Source: a virus | Length of the DNA stretch: 27,591 bases | Strand: one strand, 5' to 3' | Virus genome (UHGV): UHGV-0217794 | Part shown: one piece after another, positions 1 to 7,450 of the stretch | Layout of the letters: the number at the start of each line of letters is the position of its first letter | Numbering within the stretch: position 1 is the first letter of the stretch | Translations under genes and position numbers: made by a program | Notes under the pieces: generated by a model | What the model saw: the letters and a program-made list of their open reading frames with translations, nothing else | Told to the model about the DNA's origin: nothing | Database searches by the model: none

Positions 1-240
1 TGATGTAAAACCGCAAATGGGGCACGTAACGGGAATTTTGAAAAGCGTTTCTCCGGGTTCCAGAACAAAATTTTCTGCGGTCTGATTTTGCTTCTCATAT
101 TTGTGCTCCGCGTCATTGTGAGAGCACATTCTTATTCTGAGTGCCTGTTTAAACTCACTGAAGCTGAGAGCTTCTTCGCCTTCGGCAAGACCTTCGAAGT
201 ATTCTTCGTAAGCCTTTTCCATGATTGTGTCGAAATCCAT
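1..240 (-). CDS. hypothetical leftward early-operon protein, partial (ATG at 238-240, runs off the window edge; at least 80 aa; contains CPICG motif)
   Basis: Open reverse frame from ATG at 240 with AGGTGA Shine-Dalgarno upstream, overlapping the stop of the preceding small ORF; no stop before position 1. Confidence 0.5.
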   Translation of the reverse strand, partial: MDFDTIMEKAYEEYFEGLAEGEEALSFSEFKQALRIRMCSHNDAEHKYEKQNQTAENFVLEPGETLFKIPVTCPICGFTS

Positions 241-241
241 A

Positions 242-397
242 TCACTCACCTGAGTTTCTTTCCAGCCAGCGACGGGCACCATTTTCGGTTTTAAACGTTT
301 TGCTTTTGGTATATGTCATCGCGGTGAACGTACCGTCCTGGTTGGGGAACACGCCACATACCAGAGATTCGCTGTTGCCAAGATCGATAGTATCCAT
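242..397 (-). CDS. small protein, 51 aa (MDTIDLGNSES...), first gene of the leftward operon next to the repressor
   Basis: ATG at 395-397 preceded by GAGG; stop at 242-244; same position and size as the small ydfA-type ORFs beside dicA in Qin-like prophages (positional inference only). Confidence 0.45.
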   Translation of the reverse strand: MDTIDLGNSESLVCGVFPNQDGTFTAMTYTKSKTFKTENGARRWLERNSGE

Positions 398-511
398 GCT
401 GACCTCATTTCCCCTTAACGCCGGGGTCGCGGAACTGTTTGCTGAGAACACCGTGCGGTGTCTTGATGGAAAGTAATTTAGAATAACCTAACACGAGAGG
501 CAAGTGTTTTT

Positions 512-529
512 TGTTAGATTGATCTAACA
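512..529. promoter_or_regulatory. operator-like perfect palindrome TGTTAGA-N4-TCTAACA between the repressor gene and the leftward operon
   Basis: Perfect inverted repeat read directly from the sequence; same half-sites as the palindrome at 1023-1040. Confidence 0.55.
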
Positions 530-565
530 AAAAGAGTGGGCGCAACTAATCACTTGAAAAGAATG

Positions 566-973
566 TTATTTTATTGATTTATTTTTACGCGCTTTAAGCA
601 TTTCTTCGAAGAGTTTGTTGAAGTTTTCTACTCTTGCGCGCATTTCAGACAGCAAGGCTTCCTGCTCGGAAGATGGAAGAGCATCGAATAATTCGATCAA
701 TTCTTTGTGGTTGGGAGTTAGCTCTGTTTCCACATGAAGTTCTTGTGCAGGCACTGGTGCCTTGTCTTCGTCACCAAACATTAGCCATGTAGGTGAGCAC
801 TTCAGAGCATCCGCTAAAGCAAACAATCGTTTTCCGACTGGCTGGGTTTCGTCTCTTTCCCATTGTGAAATTGTGACGTGAGCAACTCCAGCGAGGCGCG
901 CAGCTTCTCGTTGTGTTAAGCGTAATTCTTTTCGTCGCGCCAGAACTCGCTGGCCTAGGGTTCTTGTATCCAT
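566..973 (-). CDS. dicA: HTH-XRE family prophage repressor, DicA-like (135 aa)
   Basis: Translation has the N-terminal HTH (LTQREAARLAGVAHVTISQWER) and C-terminal FALADALKCSPTWLMFGDEDK ... MRARVENFNKLFEEMLKAR, closely matching my recollection of E. coli DicA; same 135-aa length; divergent from a cro-like gene. Confidence 0.9.
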   Translation of the reverse strand: MDTRTLGQRVLARRKELRLTQREAARLAGVAHVTISQWERDETQPVGKRLFALADALKCSPTWLMFGDEDKAPVPAQELHVETELTPNHKELIELFDALPSSEQEALLSEMRARVENFNKLFEEMLKARKNKSIK

Positions 974-995
974 AGTTAGGTAATTCTAATTTTTC

Positions 996-1040
996 TTGAC
1001 TTAGGTATCCCGCGCACAATAATGTTAGAAAAGTCTAACA
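996..1040 (+). promoter_or_regulatory. rightward early promoter (-35 TTGACT 996-1001, -10 AATAAT 1018-1023) overlapped by operator palindrome TGTTAGA-aaag-TCTAACA (1023-1040)
   Basis: Near-consensus sigma70 hexamers with 16-nt spacer immediately upstream of the dicC-like gene; perfect 7-bp half-site inverted repeat overlapping the -10/+1 region. Confidence 0.6.
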
Positions 1041-1053
1041 AGAGGGGGCTTTG

Positions 1054-1281
1054 ATGCTTAAAGTTGACGCAATTACTTTTTTTGGCAGCAAAACAAAGCT
1101 TGCCAATGCCGCAGGAGTGAGACTGGCAAGTGTTGCTGCTTGGGGGATACTGGTTCCTGAAGGTCGCGCGATGCGTCTACAGGAGGCATCTGGCGGGGAG
1201 CTTCAGTATGATCCCAAAGTTTATGACGAATATCGTAAGACGAAGCGGGCGGGGCGGTTGAACAATGAAAATCACTCCTGA
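1054..1281 (+). CDS. dicC: Cro-like regulator, DicC-like (75 aa from ATG 1054)
   Basis: FFGSKTKLANAAGVRLASVAAW ... GRAMRLQEASGGELQYDPKVYDEYRK matches my recollection of E. coli DicC; divergently transcribed from the repressor; AGAGGGGG RBS upstream. Confidence 0.85.
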   Translation: MLKVDAITFFGSKTKLANAAGVRLASVAAWGILVPEGRAMRLQEASGGELQYDPKVYDEYRKTKRAGRLNNENHS

Positions 1282-1786
1282 ACAGGCTCGTGAGGCTCTG
1301 GATGCCTGGATATGTCGACCAGGAATGACACAGGAGCAGGCGACGATATTAATCACTGAAGCATTCTGGGCTTTGAAAGAGCGCCCGAACATCGATGTTC
1401 AGCGTGTCACATATGAAGGTGGCGCGGTTGATCAGCGAGCGCTTAGCGTTAATCGAGTGAAGATATTCGAACGCTGGAAGGCTATCGACACCAGGGATAA
1501 GTGTGAAAAGTTCACAGCGCTAGTGCCTGCAATTATGGAGGCTATCCGGATTAGTGATTTCAGGTTGTATCGTGAGATCAGTGATGGTAAAAGTATTACG
1601 TACATGATCGCCGGGTTAAATAAAGAATATGGCGATGTGGTGGAATCCGGACTGCTTTTTGCAGATCCTGCCGTTGTAGATCGTGAAACTGACGAACTTA
1701 TAGAAAAAGCAATTGCTTTCAAGCTTGCGTATCGACAGCAATACCAACAAAAAGCTGGATGGAATTATGAGTCTTCTTTTTGCTGA
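1265..1786 (+). CDS. putative early regulatory protein (YdaT/CII-like by position), 173 aa
   Basis: ORF overlapping the dicC-like stop, occupying the slot right after the cro-like gene; family assignment is by position and weak resemblance only. Confidence 0.4.
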   Translation: MKITPEQAREALDAWICRPGMTQEQATILITEAFWALKERPNIDVQRVTYEGGAVDQRALSVNRVKIFERWKAIDTRDKCEKFTALVPAIMEAIRISDFRLYREISDGKSITYMIAGLNKEYGDVVESGLLFADPAVVDRETDELIEKAIAFKLAYRQQYQQKAGWNYESSFC

Positions 1787-2732
1787 ACGCCCACTGGTTA
1801 TAAACACGCAGCTGGCAATGAAAATCGGCTTAAACGAAGCCATTGTTTTGCAACAACTGCACTACTGGTTGAGAGATACCAACTCCGGTATGGAATGTGA
1901 TGGTGTTCGCTGGATTTATAACACAACGGAACAATGGCTGGAACAGTTCCCATTCTGGTCAGAGTCAACGTTAAAGCGCGCGTTTGCAAGTCTGAAAACG
2001 CTGGGGCTTTTGCGTTGTGAAAAGCTCAATAAATCAAAGCGCGATATGACCAATTTCTACACGATCAACTATGGGAGCGAGCTTTTAGATGGTGGCAAAT
2101 TGAACGAATCCATCGGTTCAAAATGCGCTGCTCCATCAGGTCAAAATGACACGATGGAAGAGGTCAAAATGAAACGCTCCATTGGTTCAAAACGATCCAA
2201 TGTCATCGGGTCAAAATGGCCTGATGATCTTACAGAGAATACAACAGAGATTACTACAGAGAATAAAAACACTTTTCGTCCGGAAGCTTCGCAACCGGAC
2301 CCGCAGACGACTGAACAGGATTTTTTAACCCGGAACTCCGACGCGGTTGTGTTTAGTGCGAAAAAACGCCAGTGGGGTAGCAGGGAGGATTTGGCGTGTG
2401 CGCAGTGGATCTGGGGGCGGATCGTGGGTCTCTACGAACAGGCAGCCAGTGATGATGGCGAGATCATGCGACCAAAAGAGCCTAACTGGACTGCCTGGGC
2501 CAATGACGTGCGCACAATGCGGATGCTGGATGGCAGAAGCCACAGACAAATTTGCGAAATGTTTGGTCGGGTTCAGCGAGATCCATTCTGGGTAAAAAAC
2601 ATCATGAGCCCGTCAAAGCTCCGCGAAAAATGGGACGAACTGGTCATCCGCCTGGGACGTTCACCTGTACAGCGTTGTGTTAATCATATTTCTGAACCGG
2701 ATACAGAAATTCCGCCTGGTTTCAGAGGATAA
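1767..2732 (+). CDS. replication initiator / replisome organizer (O-like N-terminal domain, DnaT-like C-terminal region), about 321 aa from ATG 1767
   Basis: N-terminal PLVINTQLAMKIGLNEAIVLQQLHYWL motif typical of phage replisome-organizer N-domains; internal direct DNA repeats (iterons) inside the coding sequence; C-terminal RDPFWVKNIMSPSKLREKWDELV resembles DnaT-type C-termini. Confidence 0.7.
   Translation: MSLLFAERPLVINTQLAMKIGLNEAIVLQQLHYWLRDTNSGMECDGVRWIYNTTEQWLEQFPFWSESTLKRAFASLKTLGLLRCEKLNKSKRDMTNFYTINYGSELLDGGKLNESIGSKCAAPSGQNDTMEEVKMKRSIGSKRSNVIGSKWPDDLTENTTEITTENKNTFRPEASQPDPQTTEQDFLTRNSDAVVFSAKKRQWGSREDLACAQWIWGRIVGLYEQAASDDGEIMRPKEPNWTAWANDVRTMRMLDGRSHRQICEMFGRVQRDPFWVKNIMSPSKLREKWDELVIRLGRSPVQRCVNHISEPDTEIPPGFRG
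2112..2275. repeat. putative origin of replication: five direct iterons (core GGT(T)CAAAA(T/C)G at about 2115, 2139, 2162, 2184, 2208; roughly 23-bp period) followed by an A-rich tract with three ACAGAGA repeats (2231-2275)
   Basis: Repeats read directly from the sequence; they sit inside the initiator gene and encode a repeated IGSK peptide, as ori-lambda sits inside gene O. Confidence 0.6.
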
Positions 2733-2772
2733 GTGTTGATTTCAGGTCATGAGGTAATTTTAAGGGGGACTT

Positions 2773-3264
2773 GTGGCAAAAGTTTTTACACAAGAAGAGC
2801 GGGAAAAAATTAAAGGGCAGGTGGTGGAACTCGTGCGCCAGAGCGGTCGTGAGACGTTACGGCAACTGGAAGCTAAAACAGGTGCGACTAGATATCTGAT
2901 GAGCGTTCTTGCCAGAGAGCTGGTAGCCAGTGGCGATGTATACAACTCCGGCTACGGGTTATTCCCGTCTGAACAGGCGCGTAAGGACTGGCAACACGCC
3001 CGCAAAAAACTCTCGAGGGCAAAGGTGAAGAAACCTGCTGTGGTTGATCCGGACCTTATCTGGTCATTACCTGACGGAGAAATACGCCGCTACGACAGTC
3101 GCCTAAACATAATCTGTCGCGAGTGCCGGAAGACTGAAGTTATGCAGCGTATACTCGCATTCTATCAGGGAAATGTTCGATATCTATTGAAGCGACGAGT
3201 AGCGCGCAGGGATAAGAGGGATGGTCCCTTAAAGGGGAGAGCTAATTATCCGGAAGGATTCTGA
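2773..3264 (+). CDS. hypothetical protein, 163 aa (GTG start)
   Basis: ORF with AAGGGGGA RBS upstream of GTG 2773; no recognisable family; sits where a helicase loader (P/DnaC-like) would be in lambda. Confidence 0.55.
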   Translation: MAKVFTQEEREKIKGQVVELVRQSGRETLRQLEAKTGATRYLMSVLARELVASGDVYNSGYGLFPSEQARKDWQHARKKLSRAKVKKPAVVDPDLIWSLPDGEIRRYDSRLNIICRECRKTEVMQRILAFYQGNVRYLLKRRVARRDKRDGPLKGRANYPEGF

Positions 3265-3515
3265 TGATGAACATCGAAGAACTGCGTAAAATTTTTTGTG
3301 AAGATGGCCTCTATGCTGTGTGCGTTGAAAATGGAAATCTTGTTAGTCATTACCGCATTATGTGTTTGCGAAAGAATGGGGCTGCGTTAATTAATTTTGT
3401 GGATGGTCGAGTGACAGACGGATTTATCTTGCGCGAAGGTGAGTTTGTCACTTCATTACAGGCACTGAAAGAGATCGGAATAAAAGCAGGCTTTTCAGCT
3501 TTTGCAGAAGAATAA
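3264..3515 (+). CDS. hypothetical small protein, 83 aa
   Basis: ATG overlaps the upstream stop (TGATG), suggesting translational coupling; no recognisable family. Confidence 0.5.
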   Translation: MMNIEELRKIFCEDGLYAVCVENGNLVSHYRIMCLRKNGAALINFVDGRVTDGFILREGEFVTSLQALKEIGIKAGFSAFAEE

Positions 3516-3581
3516 ACTCATCTACAATCTTGCGCGGGGCTGAACTCCCGCTGAGTAACACCGTGCCACCGGAGAAAACCG

Positions 3582-3860
3582 ATGGCACGCAACGTAAAAT
3601 ATTACAATTCTGATAATTCGCCCGTTCTTGCCTGCACGCACGAGCGGTATTCTCACGCATTCAAGTCTGAATGGTTCCAGCACCCTCCATGCACTGAAGA
3701 GCAGGCTGAATGGATAATTCAGTGTTACCGCAGGCGCGGATACGAGGTTAAGAAAGCCCTTAGTCTCGACTACCGTCACTGGATAATCTCAGTCAGATTG
3801 CCTTACTCCGAACGCCCACCGCGTCCGTCCCGTACATTCCAGCAACGCATCTGGAGGTAA
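3582..3860 (+). CDS. hypothetical small protein, 92 aa
   Basis: ATG 3582 with GGAGA RBS 6 nt upstream; no recognisable family. Confidence 0.5.
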   Translation: MARNVKYYNSDNSPVLACTHERYSHAFKSEWFQHPPCTEEQAEWIIQCYRRRGYEVKKALSLDYRHWIISVRLPYSERPPRPSRTFQQRIWR

Positions 3861-3861
3861 C

Positions 3862-4911
3862 GTGCGGGTATTACTTCGACCTGTTCTGGTACCGGAACTC
3901 GGGCTGGTGGTCGTTAAGCCGGGCCGTGAATCCATGCCGGTATTCCACAATACCCGGTTACTGGTGGAGCCGGAACCGAAAAGCATGCGTAATCTGCCGT
4001 CCGGGGTCGTTCCTGCCGCTCGCCAGCCGCTGGTGGAAGACAAAACATTGCTGCCGTTTTTCAGTAACGCACGGGTGATTCGTGCTGCTGGTGGTGCTGG
4101 TGCATTGTCTGACTGGCTGTTGCGCCATATTAAATCCTGCCAGTGGCCACACGGCGATTATCATCACAGCGAAACCGTCATTCACCGTTATGGTACCGGC
4201 GCAATGGTGTTGTGCTGGCACTGCGACAACCAACTGCGTGACCAGACATCCGAATCACTCGAGCAACTTGCTCATCAAAACCTGTCAGCATGGATGATTG
4301 ACGTCATCGGTCACGCAATAAGCGGTACGCAGGAGCGTGAATTATCTCTGGCTGAATTATCCTGGTGGGCGGTCCGCAATCAGGTGGCGGACGCGCTACC
4401 GGAAGCGGTATTACGTCGTTCGCTGGGGTTGCGTGCGGAAAAAATCCGCTCAATGTACCGTGAAAGCGACATCGTACCGGGAGAGCAGACCGCCACCAGC
4501 ATACTGAAACAGCGCACAAAAAATCTTGCACTGTTGCCTCACGCCCACCAGGAACAACACCCACTACAGGAAAAGACGGTGGTAAGCATTGCCGTTGATC
4601 CTGAGTCTCCGGAATCTTTTATGAAACGACCTAAACGTCGCCGCTGGGTTAACGAGAAATACACACGCTGGGTGAAGACACAGCCGTGTGCGTGTTGTGG
4701 TAAGCCAGCCGACGATCCCCATCACCTGATTGGTCATGGTCAGGGCGGAATGGGGACAAAATCTCACGATATTTTCACGCTACCGCTGTGTCGGGAGCAT
4801 CACAACGAGCTTCATGCGGATCCGCTGGCGTTCGAAGAAAAGCATGGTTCTCAGGTTGATTTAATCTTTCGTTTTCTTGATCACGCCTTTGCAACTGGCG
4901 TGCTTGGGTAA
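3862..4911 (+). CDS. DUF968/YdfU-like protein with C-terminal Cys/His (HNH-like) motif, 349 aa
   Basis: C-terminus CACCGKPADDPHHLIGHGQGGMGTKSHDIFTLPLCREHHNELH; same size and position as Qin prophage YdfU (before rusA and Q); GTG start with GGAGG RBS. Confidence 0.65.
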   Translation: MRVLLRPVLVPELGLVVVKPGRESMPVFHNTRLLVEPEPKSMRNLPSGVVPAARQPLVEDKTLLPFFSNARVIRAAGGAGALSDWLLRHIKSCQWPHGDYHHSETVIHRYGTGAMVLCWHCDNQLRDQTSESLEQLAHQNLSAWMIDVIGHAISGTQERELSLAELSWWAVRNQVADALPEAVLRRSLGLRAEKIRSMYRESDIVPGEQTATSILKQRTKNLALLPHAHQEQHPLQEKTVVSIAVDPESPESFMKRPKRRRWVNEKYTRWVKTQPCACCGKPADDPHHLIGHGQGGMGTKSHDIFTLPLCREHHNELHADPLAFEEKHGSQVDLIFRFLDHAFATGVLG

Positions 4912-4923
4912 AAGAGGTGACTG

Positions 4924-5298
4924 ATGCTCATAGATTTGGTTTTACCTTACCCGCCGACGGTGAACACTTACTGGCGACGCCGTGGCAGCACATATTTTAT
5001 CTCGGAGGAGGGAAAGCGTTATCGCCGGGCTGTGGCGCTTATTGTTCGCCAGCAGCGGCTGAAATTAAGCCTGTCCGGAAGGCTGGCGATAAAGGTGATT
5101 GCAGAGCCACCGGATAAGCGTCGTCGCGACCTGGACAATATCCTGAAAGCACCGCTGGATGCGCTGACGCATGCGGGAGTGTTAATGGACGATGAGCAGT
5201 TTGATGAAATCAATATCGTTCGTGGTCAGCCAGTATCTGGTGGACGTCTGGGGGTGAAGATTTACCCCATAATGCATGAAGAGCAGGTCAAAAAATGA
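4924..5298 (+). CDS. rusA: crossover junction endodeoxyribonuclease RusA (Holliday junction resolvase)
   Basis: 124-aa protein starting MLIDLVLPYPPTVNTYWRRRG with conserved acidic residues (RRDLDNILKAPLDAL); AAGAGGTGA RBS; typical position just upstream of Q. Confidence 0.88.
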   Translation: MLIDLVLPYPPTVNTYWRRRGSTYFISEEGKRYRRAVALIVRQQRLKLSLSGRLAIKVIAEPPDKRRRDLDNILKAPLDALTHAGVLMDDEQFDEINIVRGQPVSGGRLGVKIYPIMHEEQVKK

Positions 5299-6116
5299 AA
5301 CTGGAAGATTTACCGAAATACTACTCCCCAAAATCCCCTTGCCTGACCGATGCATCGGCCTCAACGTCAAAAGATGCGCTGAGTATCACTGATGTGATGG
5401 CCGCGCAGGGCATGACACAGAATCGGGCTGAGATGGGGTTTTCTGCGTTCCTGGGGAAAATGGGCATCAGTATGAATGACAGGGCGCGGGCAACAGAATT
5501 ACTGGCAGATTATGCACTCAGTCGGTGCGATCGTGTGGCGGCGTTGAGAAAACTTCCGGCAGAAATAAAACCGGTAGTGATGCGCATTATGGCTTCGTAC
5601 GCTTTTGAGGATTATGCCCGCAGCGCAGCGAGTAAAAAGCAGTGCCCTTGTTGCTATGGGGAAAAATTTATTGAAAGCGTAGTTTTTACAAACAAGGTCC
5701 AGTATCCGGATGGTAAGCCGCCGGTATGGGCAAAGTGTACGAAAGGTGTGTATCCGTCTTACTGGGAAGAATGGAAAAAAGTCAGGGAGGTGGTAAAAGT
5801 TGCCTGTCCGGAGTGTGGCGGAAAGGGTGAGGTTTCCACCGCCTGTAAGGATTGCCGTGGGCGTGGTGTCGCCATTCACCGTGAAGAGTCGGTAAAACGT
5901 GGTATGCCTGTTATCAGAGACTGCCAGCGTTGTGGTGGTCGTGGCTATGAAAGACTACCATCAACGGAGGCATTTAATGCTATATGCGAGGTGACAAACC
6001 AGATAACACGCGCGTCATGGGAAAAAACAGTTAAGAAATTCTATGATGCGCTGGTGACCCGGTTTGATATTGAAGAAGCATGGGCTGAGCGGCAGTTAAA
6101 AAAGGTAACTAGGTAA
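5295..6116 (+). CDS. late-gene antiterminator, Q family (non-lambda type, multiple CxxC zinc motifs)
   Basis: 273-aa protein with CPCC...C and CPECGGKG...CKDCRGRG...CQRCGGRG motifs; ATGA overlap with rusA; directly followed by a promoter-terminator unit and the late region. Confidence 0.8.
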   Translation: MKLEDLPKYYSPKSPCLTDASASTSKDALSITDVMAAQGMTQNRAEMGFSAFLGKMGISMNDRARATELLADYALSRCDRVAALRKLPAEIKPVVMRIMASYAFEDYARSAASKKQCPCCYGEKFIESVVFTNKVQYPDGKPPVWAKCTKGVYPSYWEEWKKVREVVKVACPECGGKGEVSTACKDCRGRGVAIHREESVKRGMPVIRDCQRCGGRGYERLPSTEAFNAICEVTNQITRASWEKTVKKFYDALVTRFDIEEAWAERQLKKVTR

Positions 6117-6120
6117 CAAG

Positions 6121-6160
6121 GTTGATTTTTCCGGAATCTGTGGTAAATTCATCATAATGA
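6121..6160 (+). promoter_or_regulatory. candidate late promoter (PR'-like) / Q-utilisation region: -35 TTGATT (6122-6127), -10 TAAATT (6144-6149)
   Basis: sigma70-like hexamers directly downstream of Q and about 50 nt upstream of an intrinsic terminator, the lambda PR'-qut-tR' layout; the -10 match is weak. Confidence 0.35.
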
Positions 6161-6198
6161 TGGGCTTTTTATGCCTGACGTTAGAAGAGTTTCTACAA

Positions 6199-6220
6199 CC
6201 CGCCGCCGAGCGGGTTTTTT
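6199..6220 (+). terminator. intrinsic terminator (tR'-like): stem CCCGC/GCGGG followed by six T
   Basis: GC-rich hairpin CCCGCcgccgaGCGGG followed by TTTTTTATT, read directly. Confidence 0.6.
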
Positions 6221-6259
6221 ATTGCGGAATTAATTACGGACCGTTATTATTCTGCTCAC

Positions 6260-6335
6260 GGCCCTTTAGCTCAGTGGTGAGAGCGAGCGACTCATAATCG
6301 CCAGGTCGCTGGTTCAAATCCAGCAAGGGCCACCA
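6260..6335 (+). tRNA. ileZ: tRNA with CAU anticodon, most likely tRNA-Ile2 (lysidine-modified, reads AUA; ileX/ileZ-like); elongator tRNA-Met not excluded
   Basis: 76-nt cloverleaf: acceptor GGCCCTT/AAGGGCC, D-arm GCTCAGTGGTGAGAGC, anticodon loop CTCATAA, T-arm GCTGGTTCAAATCCAGC, 3' ACCA; close to my recollection of E. coli ileX. Confidence 0.85.
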
Positions 6336-6435
6336 TCACAAACCGCCATTAGCTTATCAGGAAGAGCAGACGACGCGATAACAGGGTTGTTGGTGCGGGG
6401 GCGGGTCCCCGATGGCGGTCCATTATCGGTATTCA

Positions 6436-6512
6436 GCGTTGTTAGCTCAGCCGGACAGAGCAATTGCCTTCTAAGCAATCGGTCACTAGTTCGAATCCAG
6501 TACAGCGCGCCA
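6436..6512 (+). tRNA. tRNA-Arg (anticodon UCU, reads AGA/AGG; argN/argO/argU-like)
   Basis: 77-nt cloverleaf: acceptor GCGTTGT/ACAGCGC, D-arm TAGCTCAGCCGGACAGAGC, anticodon loop with TCT, T-loop GTTCGAATCC, 3' GCCA; one mismatch in the T-stem. Confidence 0.8.
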
Positions 6513-6622
6513 TATTCATTCTTCCAGATTCCTTCCGGCAGAGCCTTATACTGAAATATACTTGGCTCAGGATCTTGTTGAAAATATTATATGTTTGTCA
6601 AAAATAAAAGTTCTGTTAAGTA

Positions 6623-6976
6623 TTGATTGAGTGTTTGTTATACCGTCTAATGGTTTTTTCAGCATTAAATATTTATCATTCATATGGTGTGGGTAGAGTG
6701 AATATTGATGAGGCGTCGGGGTGTTTCATCCTTAGGCAGCGTATTGATATAGTCAATGCAGCACGAGCAAAGGCCTTCAGCCGTTTGACAGTTTTGTTTT
6801 GTACTCCTGATCGTCTTTCGGGAAGAGACGTTATTATTCTGAATAGTGATGCTATACAGAGGGTTTGCGATGAGTTCATGGTTGCTAATTCAGAATTATT
6901 TGCTCTTGTTCAGGAGTACAACAGAATAGCCAGGACCTGTGGTATGGATGAACTTCGGATTACTCATCTGGGGTAG
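6623..6976 (+). CDS. hypothetical ORF, 117 aa, doubtful
   Basis: Open frame in the AT-rich moron region but TTG start and no convincing Shine-Dalgarno; may be a gene remnant. Confidence 0.25.
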   Translation: MIECLLYRLMVFSALNIYHSYGVGRVNIDEASGCFILRQRIDIVNAARAKAFSRLTVLFCTPDRLSGRDVIILNSDAIQRVCDEFMVANSELFALVQEYNRIARTCGMDELRITHLG

Positions 6977-7450
6977 ATACATATCTGGATTATCACCTGT
7001 TACGGTAAAAAGTTATTGCTTACTGTTTTTGTGAATGGCATTGCAGCAGCCGGATAATGTCAGTGCTGGCTGACGGTGTGCTGGTGGCGGGTGTGGTGGT
7101 TATTGCTTTCCCGTTGCTGAAAAAGAAAACGCCAGACTGTTAGCCGGGTATCAGTTAGCGGGAGAAATTTTTAAATACTTCACAATTCAGGCGGTTGACT
7201 GTTGTCTGGTTTGCGGGGAGTTTGTTAAAAGAAACTGGCATGGTGAATCCCCCTGTGCGGAGGGGCAATCAGCGAGTAGGTATATGGGATAATCGCGTAT
7301 TCAGGTGCTGGTACTGAATTCACCGGGAGGCACCCGGCACCATGCACTTCAATAGATTCTCTCCACATTATGGATATTCTTTCAGAATATCCCACGCAGA
7401 CTTTGTGTAAATGTTAACAAATGTGCGTTTTATTTGATCTGATTCGCTGT

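Noticed and set aside
88-294. 68-aa plus-strand ORF at the left edge
   Set aside because: It lies entirely antisense to two better-supported, translationally coupled minus-strand genes that have Shine-Dalgarno sequences; likely a shadow ORF.
2112-2218. CRISPR-like array, because of five regularly spaced direct repeats
   Set aside because: The repeats are only about 10-11 bp with about 23-bp period, lie inside a coding gene and preserve its frame (repeated IGSK peptide), and no cas genes or leader are present. Replication iterons explain them better.
6336-6435. A third tRNA between the two called tRNAs, as in the ileZ-argN-argO trio of Stx phages
   Set aside because: No acceptor-stem pairing and no GTTC(G/A)A T-loop motif could be found by eye in this 100-nt spacer; a tRNA predictor should still be run.
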